The notes under the pieces were generated by a model. It did not search any database. It saw only the letters and a list, made by a program, of their open reading frames with translations, and was not told the origin of the DNA. Positions 35,911 through 41,255 of a DNA stretch of 41,255 nt are shown piece by piece. Every line of letters begins with the position of its first letter. Position 1 is the first letter of the stretch. Both the position numbers and the translations under genes were made by a program. Source of the DNA: Candidatus Saccharimonadales bacterium (GTDB lineage Bacteria; Patescibacteriota; Saccharimonadia; Saccharimonadales; DATIHP01); NCBI GenBank assembly GCA_035480495.1, contig DATIHP010000045.1, positions 1-41,255 on the forward strand. The letters run 5' to 3'.

Positions 35911-36783
35911 TTAACGCGGATGTGAACTAGTGAATTCTTTGATGTAACCCAGGATGTCCGCCGTAGTTTCCCAACCCAGTTCATCGCGGGCTTTCGTAGG
36001 CGAATCTCCAGATTCACTACGGCCAGAATAAACGTCAGTGTATTCAATCGGCCCGCCAAAGGCCTCGGCAATTTCTATTATTGAGTAGGCTTTGGTGTTA
36101 TTCAGAGCATAGCCGTCGCCCCGGCCTTTTTCTCCCACCAGAATGATTCCACGGGCTAGGTCTTTCACATAAGTAAAGTTACGTTTCTGCGTACCCGGTT
36201 TTGTGACCGTAAACGGCTTTCCTTCCAGGTATAGTCGTTCAAACTTACCAATAACTGTTCCATATTTGTCCGAGTTGTTTTCCCGCGGGCCGAAGGCATT
36301 ATAAAAATAGCAGATGGCGTAATTTAGACCGTACCACTCACCATAATCATTAATCAGGTCAACATTCACGGCTTTAGTGAATGAGTAAGGGTTTTGGTGG
36401 CGGCCATTACCTTCTATAGCAAACTTGGTACTGGACGCGGCATATACTAGCTTGCCGACTTTGCGGGTTCGGCAAAACTCCACGACAGCGAACGTGCCGA
36501 CAATATTCATGTCATAGACTTCTGCTACGTCTTCAAACGACGGCGCGATACGTGCGTATTCCCCAAGGTGATAGACGATATCCGGTGTTTCAGGTACCAG
36601 CTTATCTATATCTTTGGTGTGCCCTGTGCGATATTCGGCACCTGCAACCTGATTTTCCTTGCTGCCGGTAAAGTAATTATCAAGGGATATGACCTGGTTG
36701 CCGGCGTCAGCTACCAGCATCTCAATTACATGTGAGCCGACGTGCCCTGCTCCGCCGGTAACTAAGATAATCTTTTTGGCCAT
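35911..36783 (-). CDS. NAD-dependent sugar-nucleotide epimerase/dehydratase (SDR family)
   Basis: 290 aa with VTGGAGHVGSH and YSFTK (YxxxK). Confidence 0.8.
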   Translation of the reverse strand: MAKKIILVTGGAGHVGSHVIEMLVADAGNQVISLDNYFTGSKENQVAGAEYRTGHTKDIDKLVPETPDIVYHLGEYARIAPSFEDVAEVYDMNIVGTFAVVEFCRTRKVGKLVYAASSTKFAIEGNGRHQNPYSFTKAVNVDLINDYGEWYGLNYAICYFYNAFGPRENNSDKYGTVIGKFERLYLEGKPFTVTKPGTQKRNFTYVKDLARGIILVGEKGRGDGYALNNTKAYSIIEIAEAFGGPIEYTDVYSGRSESGDSPTKARDELGWETTADILGYIKEFTSSHPR

Positions 36784-36785
36784 GA

Positions 36786-38105
36786 TTACTTCTTTACAGT
36801 CTTCCGGCCGATGCTTTCATAATGGAAATCTTGTTCCTTCATGGTCGCAAGGTCATAGATATTGCGGCCGTCAAAGATTACCGGCGCCTTTAGCAACTTC
36901 TTCATGCGTTCAAAATCCGGTGCAAAGAACTCCCGCCAGTTTGTGGCGATGACCAGGGCGTCAGCATCTTTCAGCGCGTCATATTCACCCTCCACGAAAC
37001 GCAGCCGCTCATTATCGCCCATGATACGTTTCACATTTTCATTGGCCTGCGGGTCAAACGCTACTACGTTCGCGCCGTTTTCCGTCAAAGTCTGTATCAT
37101 AGCCAAGGCTGGGGATTCACGTACATCGTCAGTACTGTCCTTGAACGCCAAACCCCATAGTGCGAAGGTACGGCCGTTTATATCATCTTTATAGTATTTC
37201 AAGACTTTTTGCGGGATAACTTGCTTCTGCCTGTCGTTCGCATCCATTACCGCATCTAAGATTCCAAAATTATAGTCGTGTTCCAGTGCTATTTGGCTTA
37301 ACGCCAAGACATCCTTCGGGAAACAGCTTCCACCGTAACCTGGCCCAGGGTAGAGGAACTGGTCGCCTATACGGCTGTCCGTACCAATCCCTTTGCGTAC
37401 CATGTTTATGTCCGCGCCTACCCGTTCGCATAAGCCGGATATCTGGTTCATGAAGCTTATCTTGGTAGCCAGGAATGCGTTGGCGGCGTATTTTATCATC
37501 TCTGCCGATGGTTCGTCTGTCATAATCAAGCGGTCAAAACCTTTTCTTACAAATGGCGCGTAGAGTTGCCTCATCACTTCTTGTGCCTGGGTCGATGACG
37601 AGCCTATCACCACCCGCTCAGGCTTCATGAAGTCCAAGATGGCCTGACCCTCGCGTAAGAATTCCGGGTTGGATACCACATCAAACTTTACTTTGGCATT
37701 CTTGGCTATGCGCTGGCGGACTTTTTCGGCCGTGCCGACCGGTACGGTACTTTTATCCACGATTACGGTATATGCCTGTAACAATTTTCCCAGTTCATCG
37801 GCTACGCCCAACACATATGATAAATCTGCCGAGCCGTCGCTCCCTGACGGCGTTGGTAACGCCAGGAATATGGCCGAGGCGTCCACCGTATCTTTCAGTT
37901 TGGTCGTGAAATGTAGGCGGCCTTCTTTGATGTTGCGCTTGAACAGGTCCTCCAGGCCGGGTTCGTAGATGGGCACTTTGCCGCTTTGCATCTGCTTGAC
38001 CTTCTGTTGGTCAATATCAACGCAGGTGACGTCATTTCCCATTTCCGCAAAACACGTACCTGTTACCAGGCCCACGTAGCCTGTCCCAACGATTGTTATC
38101 CTCAT
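36786..38105 (-). CDS. ugd: UDP-glucose 6-dehydrogenase
   Basis: The start is set at ATG 38105 (MRITIVGTGYVGLVTG). The catalytic GGSCFPKD and the C-terminal UDP-binding domain are present. The track ORF extends 12 codons further. Confidence 0.9.
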   Translation of the reverse strand: MRITIVGTGYVGLVTGTCFAEMGNDVTCVDIDQQKVKQMQSGKVPIYEPGLEDLFKRNIKEGRLHFTTKLKDTVDASAIFLALPTPSGSDGSADLSYVLGVADELGKLLQAYTVIVDKSTVPVGTAEKVRQRIAKNAKVKFDVVSNPEFLREGQAILDFMKPERVVIGSSSTQAQEVMRQLYAPFVRKGFDRLIMTDEPSAEMIKYAANAFLATKISFMNQISGLCERVGADINMVRKGIGTDSRIGDQFLYPGPGYGGSCFPKDVLALSQIALEHDYNFGILDAVMDANDRQKQVIPQKVLKYYKDDINGRTFALWGLAFKDSTDDVRESPALAMIQTLTENGANVVAFDPQANENVKRIMGDNERLRFVEGEYDALKDADALVIATNWREFFAPDFERMKKLLKAPVIFDGRNIYDLATMKEQDFHYESIGRKTVKK

Positions 38106-38198
38106 TGCCACTATTCTAGGGGAGATTGTGCAATCATTCAAATTGACTGCCGGCAGGCGACTATCTATACTTACGGGGTTATCGAGTAAGAAGGGACT

Positions 38199-38930
38199 AT
38201 GGCGAAAACTAAGAAACTATCTATTGTTATCCCCTGCTTCAATGAAAAGAATACCATTGAGAAAATCCTGGCAGAAGTTGATGAGGTGAACCTTGGCACC
38301 ACCCAAAAAGAAATCATAATCATTGACGACTGTTCCAGCGACGGTACGCGGGATATACTAATCCGTCTCGCGGCAAAAGATAAGACCATAAAACTGCTGT
38401 TCCAAGACCACAACCAAGGTAAGGGGGCCGCTCTGAAGCGAGGCATCCTAGAGACTACCGGAGATGTTGTGGTAGTTCAGGATGCTGATTTGGAATATGA
38501 TCCGCAGGATTATAAACGGCTGTTATACCCGATTGAACGCGGACCGGCCGATGTAGTATATGGCTCGCGTTTTATTGGCGGCGAACCCCACCGCATCATT
38601 TATTTCCGCCACCAGATAGCCAATAAGTTCCTGACGTTCCTTTCCAACCTTTTTACGGGTCTCAACCTGACTGATATGGAAACATGTTACAAGATGATGC
38701 GCGGCGATCTGGCACGGAAGCTTGCCAAAGACCTGAAGGCTGCCCGTTTTGGGTTTGAACCGGAAATTACCGCACGCGTCGCTAAGAGTAAATCTGCCGT
38801 TTATGAAATCGGTATTTCATATTACGGTCGGAGCAAGGAAGAAGGTAAGAAAATTGGCTTTGTCGATGGCCTCAAGGCAATCTGGGAAATTATGTATTTC
38901 AATCTGACTATACCGAAAAATAAGATATAG
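38199..38930 (+). CDS. GT2 polyprenol-phosphate glycosyltransferase (GtrB/DPM1-like)
   Basis: 243 aa with LSIVIPCFNE, IIIIDDCSSDGT and VVVQDADLEYDP. Confidence 0.85.
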   Translation: MAKTKKLSIVIPCFNEKNTIEKILAEVDEVNLGTTQKEIIIIDDCSSDGTRDILIRLAAKDKTIKLLFQDHNQGKGAALKRGILETTGDVVVVQDADLEYDPQDYKRLLYPIERGPADVVYGSRFIGGEPHRIIYFRHQIANKFLTFLSNLFTGLNLTDMETCYKMMRGDLARKLAKDLKAARFGFEPEITARVAKSKSAVYEIGISYYGRSKEEGKKIGFVDGLKAIWEIMYFNLTIPKNKI

Positions 38931-38931
38931 G

Positions 38932-41190
38932 TTATTTTTTAGATATCAATTTATAGCCGAACGCTTGGCCTAGGATTATAAGTATTCCTACGGCAAAAAC
39001 GGCGTAGCCGATTTCTATATGCGGCGGTGCATATCTAAAGACTACGCTTGATTTTCCTGCGGGGACGTCAACGGTTTGAAATATCCCATTATCAGATTTT
39101 ACCGGCTGTTTCTGTTGGTTAATGGTTGCTGACCAGCCGGGCATGGATAATTCCCGTCGTAATATGACGGCTTGTTTATTACAATTGGCGTCAACCTTAT
39201 CCCAGCTTGTGTAAATAAGTTGGCAGCCGGCAGAATTATCAAAATACGGTTTTGTATCAGGCAGCCTGAATATGTCTACGGTCGCACTACTAAACGCAGC
39301 GTTGAGTCCCAGGCCGTTTTTAACTTCATCGCTTACTTGGTTGTGGTTCGCGACTAAGTATCTGCCCCCGACGTTTTCAAACTCGTTTATGTTCTTGCTG
39401 AATTCCTCAAGCGATGATGGGCCTGCCGGATCAACCCTTGAGTTACCAGTGAAGACAAGGGCGGTTGCATTATTATCAAGTTTCGCGGGGATATATTCAG
39501 CCCATTTCTTGGGCAGAGGCAGGTCATTGATATTGACTGACGCGATGCCGAAATATGATCCATAATTGGGCGAGATGGGCCCTAATGTATAAAAACGGTC
39601 AAGGCCGATATTCTGTTGCAGATAATTGACAGGCCTGTAGTCATTTTTTATCTTGGGCAGCGACAGATAAGGAATCGAGAACATAAGTAGCGAATCAGCT
39701 GTTAGCAATAGCAAGGCCCCCGCCAATCTCAGTTTTGGCTTTAGGAAACATAGGATAATGAAGCCGGCACTTGAAAGAGCCCAACTAACGGATAATGCAG
39801 CCCACAACCTGTGCGAGGGAAAAGCTGACAGTTGGTGGAGCAGGCTCCTTGAGTAAACAGCAAGCCCAATCGTAGCCAGTGATGCGAGAATCGTCAGTGC
39901 TATAACCTTTTTTCTAGATATAGTGAGCTTAACGAATGCCTCCACGCCAAAGACCGCCAGTACTATGACAGCAAAATCCAAAACTGGCATTGAATAGCGG
40001 TAGAAAGCTACCTGGCTCATCCCCGGAATCGCATTCACCAATAAGACAATAGGCTTAAAACCGTAATTCTTGAGGATGACCACCAGTGAGAAAATGGCAA
40101 GATAGAGTTTCATACTGCGGGGCCTTTTGGAAAATAGACCGAAGCTGCCAACAAACAAAAGAGGCATTGCCAGGTATCCGCCCACGTTCGACCAAAAGAT
40201 AAGCAGCGTCTGTGTTTTGCCCGCATCAATAGCACCGAATATCGGGCCGTATATATAGGGCATGAATAGAGCCGGAAGAGTCTTGAGAGGCAGTGCAAAA
40301 TTAGCATACGCGCTGCTTTTATGGCCGCCGACGATAGTTTCGGGTAGATAGCCGAGAAATGCAACCAGTATGGGAGCGGCAAGCATCACACCGACAGCGC
40401 TGCCGATTAACAATTTAGTTATGTACTTTTTCCTGGCTTTTTTATCGATATGAAAGAGTCTGACGGCGCCCCATCCATAGGCAAAAATGGCATTGATGAA
40501 TGCCGTTTCCGGAAAGCCGGCATACAAAGACAGCCCAAGTGCTAGCGCAATCAGTATCCAGCCGCCTCTTTTTTTATTTTCCGCTTGTGTAAATGCACAT
40601 TCAATTCCCAGCAGCAACATCGGCAGAAAAGCTACCGGGTTGAAGGCGGCGTTGGTCAGCCACACGAAAGTGCTGCTCAGAGCGAATAAGATTCCTCCGA
40701 CGACCGCTATTGAAAACCTGGCTTTCATTTTTCTGAAGAAGAGATAAGCCGTTATACCGGCGGTCAGTTGAAGAAGAAAATGAAAGATAATGAACCCGTT
40801 ATAAAAGTGCATCAGAAGAACGGGCGGAAAAAATGCCGCGGATTGCATACCGGCCGCCAATGGCATCCCGGCACCTTCGTAATGATTCCAATAAGGTGCT
40901 TCTCCTGATAGCCAGCTTTCGGCGGCTCTATGCCCCAGCGCCTGCGATGTAAAGCCGTCATTCGGATCGATGGTGTTCTGGCCGCTCAAGATACCCGGTT
41001 CCAAGCTGCTTGCCACGCCCGCTCTCTGAAGTATCGGGTTCTGGCTCCTATGTATCGCGAATGGTATTAAATACACCGCTGCTAAGACAAAAAATATAAT
41101 CAGAAAGGCTTTGGTGTGTTGGGATGAAATCAAATTTCGCAATTTCCCAGCACTGATAAACCTGTCATTACTCTTACCCTTATTGCTCAT
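38932..41190 (-). CDS. large polytopic GT-C-like membrane protein (YfhO-like)
   Basis: 752 aa with more than 12 N-terminal TM helices, a roughly 230-aa extracytoplasmic C-terminal region and a final TM helix. This architecture, together with adjacency to GtrB-like and GtrA-like genes, fits the YfhO/GtrC role. The assignment rests on topology and context, not motifs. Confidence 0.5.
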   Translation of the reverse strand: MSNKGKSNDRFISAGKLRNLISSQHTKAFLIIFFVLAAVYLIPFAIHRSQNPILQRAGVASSLEPGILSGQNTIDPNDGFTSQALGHRAAESWLSGEAPYWNHYEGAGMPLAAGMQSAAFFPPVLLMHFYNGFIIFHFLLQLTAGITAYLFFRKMKARFSIAVVGGILFALSSTFVWLTNAAFNPVAFLPMLLLGIECAFTQAENKKRGGWILIALALGLSLYAGFPETAFINAIFAYGWGAVRLFHIDKKARKKYITKLLIGSAVGVMLAAPILVAFLGYLPETIVGGHKSSAYANFALPLKTLPALFMPYIYGPIFGAIDAGKTQTLLIFWSNVGGYLAMPLLFVGSFGLFSKRPRSMKLYLAIFSLVVILKNYGFKPIVLLVNAIPGMSQVAFYRYSMPVLDFAVIVLAVFGVEAFVKLTISRKKVIALTILASLATIGLAVYSRSLLHQLSAFPSHRLWAALSVSWALSSAGFIILCFLKPKLRLAGALLLLTADSLLMFSIPYLSLPKIKNDYRPVNYLQQNIGLDRFYTLGPISPNYGSYFGIASVNINDLPLPKKWAEYIPAKLDNNATALVFTGNSRVDPAGPSSLEEFSKNINEFENVGGRYLVANHNQVSDEVKNGLGLNAAFSSATVDIFRLPDTKPYFDNSAGCQLIYTSWDKVDANCNKQAVILRRELSMPGWSATINQQKQPVKSDNGIFQTVDVPAGKSSVVFRYAPPHIEIGYAVFAVGILIILGQAFGYKLISKK

Positions 41191-41255
41191 GACTGTTTGT
41201 ATTTATACCATAGGTGCTTGAATGTCTCACAGTGGGGTCTCAACTTTTAACAACA

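Overview
This is a gene-dense 41.3-kb chromosomal window of roughly 50% GC that uses the standard genetic code: TAA, TAG and TGA all end recognisable genes. Gene content suggests a small-genome, host-dependent monoderm bacterium, plausibly Candidatus Saccharibacteria/CPR; this is an inference, not a test. That content includes an archaeal-type AspRS, a monofunctional riboflavin kinase, NadD, UppP, an Lnt-like protein, many membrane-anchored or secreted hypothetical proteins, several transporters and almost no biosynthetic genes.

The right half (27.3-41.2 kb) is an ordinary-looking envelope polysaccharide/glycosylation island. It holds a priming sugar transferase, a GT4, a phosphohexomutase, rfbBCDA for dTDP-rhamnose, UDP-glucose dehydrogenase, an epimerase, two GtrA-like proteins, a GT2 and a large YfhO-like GT-C membrane protein. 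The left half mixes transporters (two ABC-2 exporters, NRAMP, a Fet4-like iron permease, Kef-type CPA2, CNNM/CBS), housekeeping genes (aspS, nadD, uppP, riboflavin kinase) and secreted proteins (Rpf-like transglycosylase, CAP domain, S1-like protease, DsbA-like).

No rRNA, tRNA, CRISPR array, transposase or integrase was seen. The signals not explained by routine annotation are:
1. A locus at 7.4-10.2 kb has two diverged 326-aa paralogs and a 7-TM transporter-like gene. Each transcription unit is preceded by a 100-nt perfectly identical block that folds into a three-way-junction, riboswitch-like leader.
2. Two homologous modules at 3.56-3.74 kb and 10.25-10.42 kb each carry a TTGACA promoter, a leaderless 23-26-codon micro-ORF, a G-poor spacer and a conserved terminator hairpin. 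Each also has a conserved GGGGAG anti-terminator candidate.
3. A 165-nt rod-like palindrome lies between two surface-protein genes.
4. An otherwise intact ABC ATPase carries an in-frame TAG.
5. An orphan ~489-aa zinc-ribbon protein is translationally coupled to nadD and sits behind an SD-sequestering terminator-like hairpin.
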